Assembly (NCBI GenBank): GCA_008369845.1
Contig: MRSU01011640.1
Coordinates: forward strand, 1 to 33,063
Direction: 5' to 3'
Origin: Trichomonas gallinae
Taxonomy: Eukaryota
Length of the DNA stretch: 33,063 nucleotides
The notes below the pieces were generated by a model. It saw only the letters and a list, made by a program, of their open reading frames with translations, ran no database searches and had not been told where the DNA came from. Shown piece by piece: positions 20,489 through 32,000 of this stretch; the stretch's first letter is position 1; each line of letters begins with the position of its first letter. The translations under genes were made by a program, and so were the position numbers.

Positions 20489-20506
20489 TCCGTTAATTTT
20501 CATTTT
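20489..20506 (+). promoter_or_regulatory. M3-like CCGTTA plus Inr TCATTTT core promoter
   Basis: TCCGTTAATTTTCATTTT lies immediately upstream of ATG 20514; a second AATCCGTTAAT is near 20373. Confidence 0.55.
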
Positions 20507-20513
20507 TAGCAAA

Positions 20514-21017
20514 ATGACTGCTGAAGAAAGGATCGCAGCTATCGAGGAACGCTGGAACAAGTTAGATGAAGGCAGAGATGGCAAGATGAAGAAGGACGAG
20601 TTCAAGGTTCTCTACGATGATCTCGAGGGCCGCGAGACAACACAGGAAGAGGCCGACATCATGTTCAGAGGTATCGATATCGATGGCTCCGGCGTTATCA
20701 CAAAGGAGGAGTTCATGAACATGGTTAAGGGCGTCGTTAACGGCGATAAGGTCTACACAACAAAGCTTCTCTTCAGAGCTTTCGATAAGGACCACTCCAG
20801 AGCCCTCGATGTCAACGAGGTTATCGCTATCCACAAGTTCAAGGGCAAGGAGATCTCAAAGGAGGAAGTCGAGAAGTTCATGCTCGAGGAGACAGGCAGC
20901 AAGAAGGGCAAGATGATCTTCAGCCACTTCTACAAGTTGCTTACAGGCGACTTCATTCCAAAGGATACAGACCCATATGATGGATTACTTAAGTCCAAGT
21001 GTTGCTTATTGATCTAA
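20514..21017 (+). CDS. EF-hand calcium-binding protein with a C-terminal CaaX motif
   Basis: EF loops DEGRDGKMKKDE, DIDGSGVITKEE and DKDHSRALDVNE; ends KSKCCLLI; highly biased C/G-ending codons; stop overlaps TAAA. Confidence 0.92.
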   Translation: MTAEERIAAIEERWNKLDEGRDGKMKKDEFKVLYDDLEGRETTQEEADIMFRGIDIDGSGVITKEEFMNMVKGVVNGDKVYTTKLLFRAFDKDHSRALDVNEVIAIHKFKGKEISKEEVEKFMLEETGSKKGKMIFSHFYKLLTGDFIPKDTDPYDGLLKSKCCLLI

Positions 21018-22139
21018 ACATTTAATATGCCCTTATTTGATATAATTCTGTATAATTTTTATTTCGACTTCTGACTGTAGGCTAGTATAATCTTATTTTT
21101 ATCACATCTTAACTTATTATCAGGTTTCCCTTAACATTAGAATGTAAATACGCCTGTGTTATTAGATTCTACAATCTGGGCCAATTTCGCGCAAACGATA
21201 AGAATTTTAACCTTCAAATTTATTACGAAATCCACTCGTAGTTAAACATTATATTGTTTAGGCAACATATAATCGAATAACACAATGCATAAAATCAGAT
21301 TTTTATCACAGAAATGATTTCATTGATTATACATTGTCATTATCATTATGTGATGAAAATGTTATCAATATAAAAAGAGCTCAGAATAAACTTAAATATA
21401 CTAAAGTTTGACGCTGATAAATCACATAAGTCTCAGACAGAGATTACACAATTGAATTGTGATGTAAAAAAGTCTACTAGTGAGCTTAAAGAGACCGAAA
21501 AGACTCATGAGGCGAAGAATATCAAAATATAAGAAGAAATATAATAAGGAAGGAATTTTCAAAGAATAAATACGAAATCAATCGGATTTACTGACTTTTC
21601 AGCACATTGATGAGCTTGCTGAGTAGATGTTGCATGATGTTATTAATTCCATATTTAAGGACAAAGGATTGGTTAAGTTATGTTTCCAATTCAAAGAGTA
21701 TGACCAAAGGAGCTAGTTTCAATCTAGAAAAAATGGAAAATAATCAGTCATCACTAGACAGATCAATTGAAGTCAAGAAATTAAAGAAATCAATCACTCT
21801 AGACAAAATATCGCATTAATATGAATGCGAGCAAGTTCAGAAATTAGTCAAAAATACTTTTTTTAGGTGAAAGATAGATATTGAAGTAAACCAGGACAAA
21901 ATATAGTAAATCATCAAATAGAATAAGCAAAGTTTTAGATTTTTATAAATTAAAAGGCTTAAACTATAATTTTTATTTTGATATTAAATTTTTGAAGACC
22001 AAATGCTATGATATTTAATATGCTTATTCTTCAAGTGATGAAGTTTTATAATTCACAAGAAATAATTAATATTGTTGGCTGGAAAATGAGAAAAACGAAA
22101 ATAGATTTTAAGTGCCACTTTTTATCATATTTTTTAAAA

Positions 22140-22709
22140 ATGCGAAGTCTTCACATTAAAATCGTTGGCATGAAAAATCATCCATGCAGACGTTCACCGA
22201 TGCCGTTCATTTATGCAGGGGTCAAACTTTCAGGCATAGGAAGCTTTCAATTCACATCAAAATCAAATGCTTTGCCTCCATTCTGGGATAAAAACTTCGA
22301 TTTCGTCTTCCAGGATAACCAGGTAAATACTATCGACTTTATTGTTGCAGAATCCCGTTTAATGATGGTTCATGAAGAATTAGGAAGCATTTCAATCCCA
22401 TTGAAGTGGATTCCTTATGATGTTGTCGTAGCTGAATGGTTACCAGTAACGTCAACTAGAAAAATGATCGATCCAATATATATGCTTGTTCTCTTTCACT
22501 ATTGCGATCCTACTGTTCCTGCATTCTCACAAGAGAGAGTATCTTTTGCAGCAACCCCACCATGGACGCAAATTCCAGTCACAGATGAAGATTTAGAAAT
22601 AGTTTGGCAGCCAGGTGAAGCATTCGTTCCTCCTGTTGCATCTACACTTAATGAAGAACAAATACATCAGCAAGCCATCCAGCGTGCAATGTATGCAACA
22701 TTCCAATAA
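22140..22709 (+). CDS. C2 domain-containing protein
   Basis: ATG 22140 after Inr TCATATTTT; LHIKIV, P.WDKNFDF, IDFIV.E..LM..HEELGSISIPL.W and VV.EWLP are C2 strand patterns. Confidence 0.8.
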   Translation: MRSLHIKIVGMKNHPCRRSPMPFIYAGVKLSGIGSFQFTSKSNALPPFWDKNFDFVFQDNQVNTIDFIVAESRLMMVHEELGSISIPLKWIPYDVVVAEWLPVTSTRKMIDPIYMLVLFHYCDPTVPAFSQERVSFAATPPWTQIPVTDEDLEIVWQPGEAFVPPVASTLNEEQIHQQAIQRAMYATFQ

Positions 22710-22930
22710 TTGGATATTGAAATAAGCAGAATCAACTTGACTTCACCAATTACATATGCATTATTTACTGTATCCAGCATAGTACATTTCGAAATTTCAC
22801 GATAATTTGTGTTTTTATTTTTCATATAAAGTTTTGGTATTTCTTATCTATAGAAATCGTGTTTACAAAAGAAAAAATATAATTTAACAAGGTGAAACGA
22901 GATATTTAGTCTAATATTTTAGAATGGCTC

Positions 22931-23164
22931 TTAAAAACCACCACGAAGTCTAAGGACTAAGTGGAGTGTAGAATCCTTCTGAATAGAGTAGTCTTGAAGT
23001 GTGTTACCATCTTCAAGCTGCTTACCAGCGAAGATGAGACGCTGTTGATCCGGAGGAATACCTTCCTTGTCCTGAATCTTAGCCTTGACATCTTCAATGC
23101 GATCTGTTGGCTCGACTTCGAGTGTGATGTGCTTGCCTGTGAGCGTCTTCACGAAGATTTGCAT
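22931..23164 (-). CDS. UBI: Ubiquitin (single monomer with a one-residue Phe extension)
   Basis: [18 protein letters not shown]...[14 protein letters not shown] at 23164 preceded by Inr TCATTTCATTTT. Confidence 0.98.
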   Translation of the reverse strand: MQIFVKTLTGKHITLEVEPTDRIEDVKAKIQDKEGIPPDQQRLIFAGKQLEDGNTLQDYSIQKDSTLHLVLRLRGGF

Positions 23165-23327
23165 CAATAAAAATGAAATGAACTGAGAGAAAATTTCGAT
23201 TAAAATTTTCCCGAAATTTTTGAGGAAAATTTTTCTTGGAATCAGTGTTCTTGGTAATTTTACAAATGTTAGCTTTTTGAATTTTTGTCACTTTTAGAGG
23301 GAACTTCCTTTATGTCATATTTTTAAA

Positions 23328-24791
23328 ATGGATTACAAAAATCAAGGTGAAAAGACCGAAGTTGATTTGACTGAAAAGACTGGTGTGTGGGGGATGCACG
23401 GATTTGCTGAAGAATATGAGCTGCTTTCTAAGATGATTAAAGACTTTCTTGATCTTCCAATCGACGATTTTGAAAATATCAGCGAAGTATCTGAAGCAAT
23501 GATTAATACGATGTTAGAAATACCTAAGCCTGCATTAAAAAATATTGAATCAGAAAAATCTCAAAATTTGATTCACAAAAGTGCGTTTTTGATACAAATA
23601 TACATCGAAAAAGGATTATATGCAATATTGACAACAATATTACGACTAATAAATACATATATAACAAAGAATGACGAAATTGCTGAACTTTTTCTTACAA
23701 AATATGAAGAAGAGGATGATTATTGGTTGCAATCACTAATGACAGTTGTTGAAAATCAAACTGAAACAGAAGAAATCCCATATGTTCAAAGATTTGCTTT
23801 AACTTTATCAATTTTAAGCAATGCTTCCGACAATCAAATATTTATTACATCTATGCCAATTGAATTTGTATTTACAGTGTTTGATATACTTTATAGCTTT
23901 CCTTTGGAGTTTTTATCATCAGATAATATTTTAATTTTGAATATTAACAAATTTCTATATAATAAGTTCAAAATACAGTCGATATTTAACATAGAGATAC
24001 CTGAGAAGATACTTAGTTTATTCGAAAAACTTGCAGGACAGAATTTCTTTGAAGTTGATCAAATTGTTTTTAGTTTCTTGAATATTATATATGAAGTTTT
24101 AGATGATCATCCAAATATAATACATTTATATGATAGATACAATGTTTATGATATTTTACCTGCAATTCCATCAAATGATGATTTTGATATTTTTAAGTTC
24201 GATATTTTATCAACATCACTATTGAGATATGATGAAAACTCAAAAGATACGTCAACATTGATATTACAAAGGAACATTTCACAACAAATTCCATTCAAAT
24301 TTGCATATGACAGAGTCACTGAGTCTCATGATCCAGAATTGCTATATTCAGGTCTTACTTTGATAATTAATAAAATTAGAGTAGACCAAACGCTTGAAAA
24401 TATTGATATTCAAGCCTTGTGCAAATTAGTTTGCGATGTTTTAGAAGAAACTGATCTAGATACAAAAAATCTTGCTGGTGACTTATTGTTTGAGATGGTC
24501 AAACACACGCAATTAGAAAATTATTTAATATATGTTGAAACTGGTGCAATTGGCTCAATAGTTGACAATCTTTCACAAATGTCCAAAGAGTTTTGCAAAC
24601 AATGCGCAGAGTTTTTGCTAAAAATTAGACCAAAAATGGAAGAAATAAATTCATCTACTCCGGAAATGGCTAAATCAATAGCAGAAAATGTTGATGAAAT
24701 AGTAGACAACATTGATACAAACCAATGGTCAGAACTTGATGAATTAGCAGGTATATTAACAAAAACATATGAGTTTCCAGAAGAATCATGA
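23328..24791 (+). CDS. Hypothetical acidic alpha-helical (ARM/HEAT-like) protein
   Basis: 487-aa ORF, Inr TCATATTTT upstream, L/I/E/D-rich amphipathic helices. The fold call is an inference. Confidence 0.75.
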   Translation: MDYKNQGEKTEVDLTEKTGVWGMHGFAEEYELLSKMIKDFLDLPIDDFENISEVSEAMINTMLEIPKPALKNIESEKSQNLIHKSAFLIQIYIEKGLYAILTTILRLINTYITKNDEIAELFLTKYEEEDDYWLQSLMTVVENQTETEEIPYVQRFALTLSILSNASDNQIFITSMPIEFVFTVFDILYSFPLEFLSSDNILILNINKFLYNKFKIQSIFNIEIPEKILSLFEKLAGQNFFEVDQIVFSFLNIIYEVLDDHPNIIHLYDRYNVYDILPAIPSNDDFDIFKFDILSTSLLRYDENSKDTSTLILQRNISQQIPFKFAYDRVTESHDPELLYSGLTLIINKIRVDQTLENIDIQALCKLVCDVLEETDLDTKNLAGDLLFEMVKHTQLENYLIYVETGAIGSIVDNLSQMSKEFCKQCAEFLLKIRPKMEEINSSTPEMAKSIAENVDEIVDNIDTNQWSELDELAGILTKTYEFPEES

Positions 24792-24962
24792 ACCACTACA
24801 AATATAAATATATAGGCCACAGTTTTTGCGAATATTTTTTTGTTTCGATAATTTTATAATTTTTTTGTTGATTTTGTAAAATTTCGATTTTTTGTTTAGA
24901 ATTCGTATTTTTTATATGTATTTCAACGATTGGAGAATGTAAATTTATTCTTTGTAATAATT

Positions 24963-25565
24963 TTACTCTGTGAATGTCTCGAGGAACTTGACAGCAGCAG
25001 CACCGAGTTGCTTGTTAGCCTTCTCGATGGCAGCGGCCTTCTTCTGGAGCTGAGCCTTCTTGGCTTCGAAGTACTTAGCGGATTCAGCCTTACGCTTCTC
25101 TTCGAGATCAGCAACGACCTTGCCATACTTCCAGCCCATTGTTGTGGAGAGTTTGCCAAGCTTTGTTGTTGGGCGATCTGTGTGGATGGAAACGCAGCGG
25201 AGAGCATGTGGAACAACGACGCGCTTGAAGTTGACGTACTTAGCTGGGACACCCTCAAAGCACTTGAGGTTGCCGAAAGCCTCAGCACCACGGTGTGTCT
25301 TGTATGGGAGCATTCCGCGGACAGCACGGGCGAAGATCTCGTGTGGAGCACGCTGGTGGAATGGACCGTCACGTGGGTTGGAGTTTGTTGTCTTGTTAAG
25401 GAAGCGCTCGTACTCGTGGACGACGAACTTATGCTGGCCATTTAACTCGATCTCCTCGCAGCGGACAACGACGACCTTACGGCCCTTGAGAAGCTGCTTG
25501 GCGACGGCAGCGGCAAGGCGGCCCTGGACGTGGCCCTTGGCATCAATAACAACTGGGGCAGACAT
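24963..25565 (-). CDS. RPL13A: 60S ribosomal protein L13a (uL13)
   Basis: VVIDAKGH..GRLAA.VAKQLL.G.KVVVVRCE, NP.DGPFH.RAP..IF.RAVRGMLP.KT.RG; true start ATG 25565; highly biased codons. Confidence 0.97.
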   Translation of the reverse strand: MSAPVVIDAKGHVQGRLAAAVAKQLLKGRKVVVVRCEEIELNGQHKFVVHEYERFLNKTTNSNPRDGPFHQRAPHEIFARAVRGMLPYKTHRGAEAFGNLKCFEGVPAKYVNFKRVVVPHALRCVSIHTDRPTTKLGKLSTTMGWKYGKVVADLEEKRKAESAKYFEAKKAQLQKKAAAIEKANKQLGAAAVKFLETFTE

Positions 25566-25568
25566 TCT

Positions 25569-25592
25569 AAAGGAAAGGCCAAACGTCACTTT
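25569..25592 (-). promoter_or_regulatory. M2 (AAAGTGAC) plus tandem M5 (CCTTT) core promoter of RPL13A
   Basis: The minus strand reads AAAAGTGACGTTTGGCCTTTCCTTTAGAATG. M5 CCTTT is described as an Inr alternative in T. vaginalis, notably for ribosomal protein genes. Confidence 0.7.
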
Positions 25593-26273
25593 TGCTGGAC
25601 CAGATTTTAGAATTTTCTTCGTTTTTCCTTATTTTTTCATGTTATTCATTATCTTTGTGACCATGTAATCAATAATTTATAATTAGAAGAATTAAAATTG
25701 AAAATCTTCATGAAAAGAATCGATATTTTTGAATTTTAATTTTCTTTTTGGAATTTAATTTATGTATAGAGATTAAATAATGAATCAAAAATCAAAAAGT
25801 ATCAATATTTACATGTCAAAATTTAAAATTTACATCGCAATTTTGCCATGTAAATTTAGCTCATAATAATGATTCTATTTATCAAGATATCTGATGTACA
25901 TATGAATAAATTAGATCACATTCCTGTTCATTATTAAAAAAGCCAACATTTTCAACTTGAGGAATTAATCTATTTTTTTACACAGTGTTGTATACTAGAT
26001 GATACGTGATATACATATCCAGACAGTCATATAGTTTTGCTAATAAGTTTTCAAGGGACAAGATATATACAAGATATGTCTTCAGGCACTTAAGGATTTT
26101 GATATGAAGGAATGAATGTTTGTCATAAATGACAACATCCATTACAACAAATACACAGCAGCAAACAACAACAGACAGCGATAGTACAATTGCACAGAAA
26201 CTCATGCGCGAAAAAGATTGAGGATAAATGTCATATAAATATAATATTTAGAACAAACAAATAAATGAAAAAA

Positions 26274-28304
26274 TCATTTCATAATTAGAGATCTTTGTGA
26301 TTTCAGGGGCATAATAGATGGTAAACCAACCCTGAATACTTTGCCTTGTGGCATCTTGTGAGGAATCAATTCTTTCTTGACGCATGCAAATAATGTTTCC
26401 ATGCTCTTGTCAATATAAATAGCTCTGCAGTCTGTAGTGTGGTGCATCTCCCACACAACTGTCTTCTTCACGTAGTCGTAGATGTAGATTGATCCGCCGG
26501 CGTCGCAGCTTGCGACTTTGTTTTCGTCGAAAACAGGAAAAACTTGTCTGATCGCGCTGCTGTGCATATTATTCAACACGTACAGCTGCACGTTGTTCTC
26601 TATGTCCCAGATTCTCACTGACAAGTCCTCGCTGCCACTGAACAAGAAGAATCCGTCGAATTCAAGCGATGTGATCGAATCGGTGTGACCGAGCAACTGC
26701 GTCTCCACGAACGTACCGCCATCGTTTTCCCGCCACACTTTGATTATGTTGTCGTTTCCACCTGTCGCCAGTGTCAGCTGTCCACACATCCACGTTGCGC
26801 TGCTCGTCAGAATTTCTTTGTTGTGGCCCTTCCACATCTTCACCATTGAAACTGCGGCGTACGACAGACTTTCGAATATCGCGTCGATCTGCCAGAGCGA
26901 GATATACCCGTCGTAGTCGCACGAGAACATCACTGTCTTCATCTCGTTGCTGACGACTGACATGGACGAGATAGAGTTCTTGTGCCTCGACGGCAATTCG
27001 ACGGTTTTTTTGTCAGTTAAATTAAGATAGATTATCTGGCCGCTGTCGTGTCCTGTTATCGCGTAGACAAGGTCGCCGACAAGCCTTTCCCTTAGGCCTA
27101 TGTAGCCTGAAAGGATTGCCAGGTGAGACGGGATTTTGAACTCGCTTCTCATCGAAAAATCGTTCTTGTCCCACATCCTTATAACTTTGTCGACGCCAAT
27201 TGTGGAGATTACGTCGTTAGCCTGATCCCTTGTCGTCTTGACGTAGAAGACTGGCTTGCTGTGAACTTGGTACGATTTCTCGACTGTGCCTCTGTTTATC
27301 CTGAATAATGTAACTGAATCTCTGACCAAGTAAAGAAAAGTGTCTTTAGTGACAGGAGTAATCTGCAAACCGCCAAGACCAAGCTTTTCCGTATATAGAA
27401 GATTGATCCTTTCTTCTGCGTTGTAAATAAAAAGAGATCCACTTGTATCTAGTAAAACTAAAGTTCCCTGCTTAGTACAGAAGCATGATGTGTAGTTTAC
27501 CTGGTTAGGATTGATAATCTTTGAGTGTATGCAGTAGTTCTTTGGATTGAAAACGCGAATAATATGATTGTAAGAAAACGCAAGAATATTTTCGGTTCTT
27601 GGATTGTAAACTACATCGCAAATACCATGGTCAGCGAGATGCTTTGGTCTGTTTATCTGCGTGAATGTCGGATGGTCAGATAATTGAACTTCGTATTGCG
27701 CAATCGAGCCATTCTCGAATCCAGAGTAAATATAGCCACTGTTATCGACTCTTGAGTTCGAATATATGCACATGCAGAAGAAATTAGTCTTTGATTCGAT
27801 GAAATGAACTTTTTTGAATAAAGAAACTGATTTCATTGTGCCTCTGAGTGTCTGTTGTACTAAAACAGTAATTCCTCGCATCTCAACAACGAAAATATGC
27901 TTCTGAAAGGCTTCTATATGCAATGGTGTCTGTTCAAAAACTTGAATCGTTTGTACTAATGGATGCTCAGGAATTGTCTTTGATCCTAGATTCCAAACGA
28001 GTACTTTTCTGTCAGCACCTGCAGAAAACAGTAATTGAAGTGTCTGAGACCAATATAAATAAGAAATAACTCCATCATGCTCAGTTACTTCATATGATGG
28101 CAAAAGTACTGGATTATCGAGTTTCTCTGGTATAGTCCATCTGTATATTGTGCCGCTTTTTGCGCCAGCGAAAACATATGATGGGGGAACATAAACGCAT
28201 TTAACTAACGCACTTGATTTTTGTGTGAACTTCTCCTTGGGGAGTGTAAGAGACAATGTCTTCGATAATGAAACACTACACTCACCTTGAGGATCAGCAG
28301 ACAT
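26274..28304 (-). CDS. WD40-repeat protein (probably two propellers)
   Basis: HDGVISYL...LFSAGADRKVLVWN, HKNSISSM...SCDYDGYISLWQ, ATGGNDNIIKVWR, GHTDSITSL...FSGSEDLSVRIWD. Confidence 0.92.
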   Translation of the reverse strand: MSADPQGECSVSLSKTLSLTLPKEKFTQKSSALVKCVYVPPSYVFAGAKSGTIYRWTIPEKLDNPVLLPSYEVTEHDGVISYLYWSQTLQLLFSAGADRKVLVWNLGSKTIPEHPLVQTIQVFEQTPLHIEAFQKHIFVVEMRGITVLVQQTLRGTMKSVSLFKKVHFIESKTNFFCMCIYSNSRVDNSGYIYSGFENGSIAQYEVQLSDHPTFTQINRPKHLADHGICDVVYNPRTENILAFSYNHIIRVFNPKNYCIHSKIINPNQVNYTSCFCTKQGTLVLLDTSGSLFIYNAEERINLLYTEKLGLGGLQITPVTKDTFLYLVRDSVTLFRINRGTVEKSYQVHSKPVFYVKTTRDQANDVISTIGVDKVIRMWDKNDFSMRSEFKIPSHLAILSGYIGLRERLVGDLVYAITGHDSGQIIYLNLTDKKTVELPSRHKNSISSMSVVSNEMKTVMFSCDYDGYISLWQIDAIFESLSYAAVSMVKMWKGHNKEILTSSATWMCGQLTLATGGNDNIIKVWRENDGGTFVETQLLGHTDSITSLEFDGFFLFSGSEDLSVRIWDIENNVQLYVLNNMHSSAIRQVFPVFDENKVASCDAGGSIYIYDYVKKTVVWEMHHTTDCRAIYIDKSMETLFACVKKELIPHKMPQGKVFRVGLPSIMPLKSQRSLIMK

Positions 28305-28499
28305 AATTTTTTATTAAAAAAACGTCCATTTTTTTTTCAAAAGTTTACATTGACAATATTTGTGCAAAAACGACACTTTACAATTATTGTTGACACTTTA
28401 CATGCACAAAATGCTGGGTATCACCCATTGACGTGTAAGACATCAAAACAGAACGAATAAAATTCGCAAATTGAATCTCATTCTGAGAAAAATCATTGT

Positions 28500-28553
28500 G
28501 TCAGCTCCCATTCTCAACGAGTGCTATTTCACTGTTTGAGAATGAGAGCTGAC
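28500..28553. repeat. Palindrome/hairpin with 18-bp arms
   Basis: GTCAGCTCCCATTCTCAA (28500-28517) versus TTGAGAATGAGAGCTGAC (28536-28553), 17/18 complementary; inner AGTG/CACT. Confidence 0.75.
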
Positions 28554-29064
28554 CTATATCGTATTCTTTAAAGTGTTAAATTTCGATGCAACCCCTGATT
28601 AAAATTCTGGCATTTGTAAATTTACAATCTCATTTATACATTGTCACTTTTCAAATATCTGACAATCTGACTATGTAAAATTTCCCTATTTGACAGGCAA
28701 AACAAGAGCAATCATAATCCAAATGCTATTTTAACAACTATTTTAAAAAATGCTCTCAAAAAAAAAAAAAAAAAAACTAAAAATAAAAATAAAAAAATTG
28801 GATTGATAAAATAATCGTTGAACGTCAAACGATAAAAATTAATATTTTATATAAAATTGGATTGGCTGTCAATAACATAGTCCATTTGTAAACTTAAAAA
28901 TTCAAAATTTCTGAGTACGCAATTGATTTTGCGTATGTCAAATGCGTATAGTCAATTATTTTGCGTACCTGGCTCATCGTTACCCGGTTCACTACACCAG
29001 AGATATATGCATGAAATAAAGTCGAAGTTTTATAACCTTATTTAATTTGAGTTCATTTTTCATA

Positions 29065-32000
29065 ATGATTCTGGCAACTCTTTTGCTGTTAAAGTTGCTC
29101 GATGAGAGGATAATAGAAGTTGATAACATGACCTTCTCCGTCGGTCCATCATCGAATGGAGCAACATTTATTTACTCTACAGAAAAAAATGTTATTATTC
29201 CAAAAGAAATAACATATGAAGATAATAGATACACAGTAAATGCAATAAAAATGAACCAAACAACTGAAATAGAGAGCATTTTTATTCATTATCTAATAGA
29301 TTCCATCAAAAATTTATATTATAACAAAATGCTTAATAATATTACTCTTGAAAATGGAATAAGCAAAATTGGGCAAGGTTGGTTTCAAAATATGGAATCT
29401 CCTTTTAACATTTCCATTCCAAATTCTGTGGCATCGATTGAAAATCACGCATTTGCTAATTCCTCCGTTTCATATGTAGATTTTGGCACTGGATTAACTT
29501 ATATCTATGAATATGCATTCGACTCTTCCAAATTAGTACAAATATTGCCAAGAACAAATTCAAATATCAAATTAATATCAGATTTTGCATTCAATAACTG
29601 CATACAGTTGCAAGATATAAAAAGCATACTATCAAACGTTCAAACCATTAATTCTTACGCATTCAATGGCACGATTTTATTAAATCAAAAAATAACATTG
29701 CCAGATACATTCCTTAATATAAGTGAAGGTACATTTGCATATTCCGGTATAAATGACATATATCTCGGCGAAAATTTAACATATATTGGTAAATATGCAT
29801 TTTATTCCTGTAATTCATTGAAAAATACAATAAAATATCCTCAAACATTATCAGAAATTGATGATTATGCGTTCTCCAATACTCCAATATCATCAATAAT
29901 GCCAAAAACCGAAAATAATATTACAAAATTTGGAATTGGCGTTTTCATGAACTGTTCAATGCTAACTGATGTTTTGGGAATGTTAACAGTAGCTCCAGCA
30001 ATCACAGACTACATGTTTGCAAACACCAATAACATCGAGCAAAACATTGAGCTACCACCAAGTATTAGGTCTATTGGTCAGCACAGTTTTGAAAATTGTC
30101 AAAGCATCAAAACACTCGGTTACACGTCTTATTTGCATCATATTGGTGACTACGCATTTGCTGGTTCATCAATTGAAGAAGTTACAAACATTTACTACAA
30201 TGATCTCGCAACAATTGGAAAATGCGCATTCATGAATTCTAAGTTGAAAACATTTGGTGAAATTTTGAACAATATGAAAGTAATCAATGAGTTCACTTTT
30301 GCAAATTGTTCTTTATTAGCGACATCAATGAATGTTGGTGCAAATACTGTTGAAATACAAGAATCTGCCTTTATGAACTCAGCAATTACATCAGCAAACT
30401 GCCGCAATGCTGTGACAAAAATTGGAAAATGTGCTTTTCAGAACTGTTTGAGATTATCGTCGATTTCTGGTAGTGGTTCTATCGTAGAAATCACTGAAGA
30501 CTGTTGCTTGAATTGCATAAACCTGAAATCATTCGAATTCTCAGACAAAACAAAGAAAATTTTTGATAGAGCATTTAAAAACACATCACTTTCTTCTATT
30601 GTTATTCCAAGCCTGGAATATCTCAGCACAAATGCATTCAGAGAAATGAGAGATTGTAAATTAGTGGATATTGGAGTTCCAAGCTATGAGTTCAAATATC
30701 TTGGAGATTTTACAAATGTCACGAAACTTGTTTTGAGAGTTGATGATGTAAAATTTTCTCTAAATGCATTTTTAAGGTCTAATATTCAAAGTTTGGAAAT
30801 TACTGCATCAAATAATGTGGAAATCGGAAACGGCGCTTTTAGAGATTCAAAGCTTGAAACCCTTAAAATTAATTTTGATGCGAAAGTAACAATTGGCCCT
30901 TATGCTTTTTCACACTCATTACTCAAAGATGTATCGTGTCAAATTACAAAAGCCGAAGATGGTGCTTTTGGATATACATATTTGAAAACAATTCCATTAA
31001 TTACAGATGCGATGGGAAAATTTTGTTTCATTAATACAACAATAGAAACAGCAATAATCGAGTGTGAATCTATTGGTGAATGTGCGTTCAAAGGATGCAC
31101 AAAACTCAAAAATATCAAATTTGGTAAAAAAGTTAAAAGTTTGAGTGAAGATCTATTTATGAATGCGGAAAAGATTGCAAAAGTTGAATTTGAGGAAGGT
31201 TGCCAAATAACAGAAATACCAAATTTCATGTTCTATAACTGCACAAAATTAACAGAAATAAGCGATTTACCCGAAAATTTAGAAAATATTGGCATTCGAA
31301 GTTTTGCTTATACAAACATTCCTTGTCCTGATTTCTCGAAATTGAAGCGTTTGAAGAAGATTAGTGACTCAGCATTCGACAAAGCTATAAGCAAAGGATC
31401 CCTTAAACTTCCATCAAGCTTAGAAAAATTATGTAATGGTGCTTTCTCAGATACAAAAATTAGCGGAGAAATAATTTTCCCTGAATCACTAAAATACATT
31501 GGCTCAAATTGCTTCGCTACATGCTATGGAATAACAAAAATCGATTTCTCAAAGTGTAGCAATTTAGAAACTATTGATTCATATGCATTTTTTAAGTGCA
31601 CTAAAATCGAAAATGAGCTGATTTTGCCTAAGAACATCAAAATGATCGGCGATTTTGCTTTTTACAATTGTCCGAATATGAGTGGAATCCTTTTGCCTGT
31701 TTCTTTGACGGAAATTGGAGGAAGTGCCTTTGAATATTGTTTGGAGTTTAGTGGAATATTGACAATACCTGAATCAGTGAAAACTATTGGAAAAAGAGCA
31801 TTCTATGGAATTGCAAAAATAACGCAAATACACTTCGAGTCAAAAGACGTCAACGTTGGCGATGAAGCATTTGCTGGTATGCATTTCATCTGCATGGCGA
31901 ACTTGCCTGCCAATTGCTCAAAGTTAGGCTTAAATGAGTCAAGATGTTACGAGAGCGACAACTTCGGAATATGGGGTACAAAACTCTCCGAAAATTGTAA

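Noticed and set aside
21400..21900. E/K-rich fragments suggesting a decayed coiled-coil gene
   Set aside because: Fragmentary and unidentifiable.
24923..25668. Long overlapping ORFs on both strands over RPL13A (likewise over the transporter, EF-hand, ubiquitin, coiled-coil and BspA genes)
   Set aside because: Shadow frames caused by codon bias of the true gene; no recognisable motifs.
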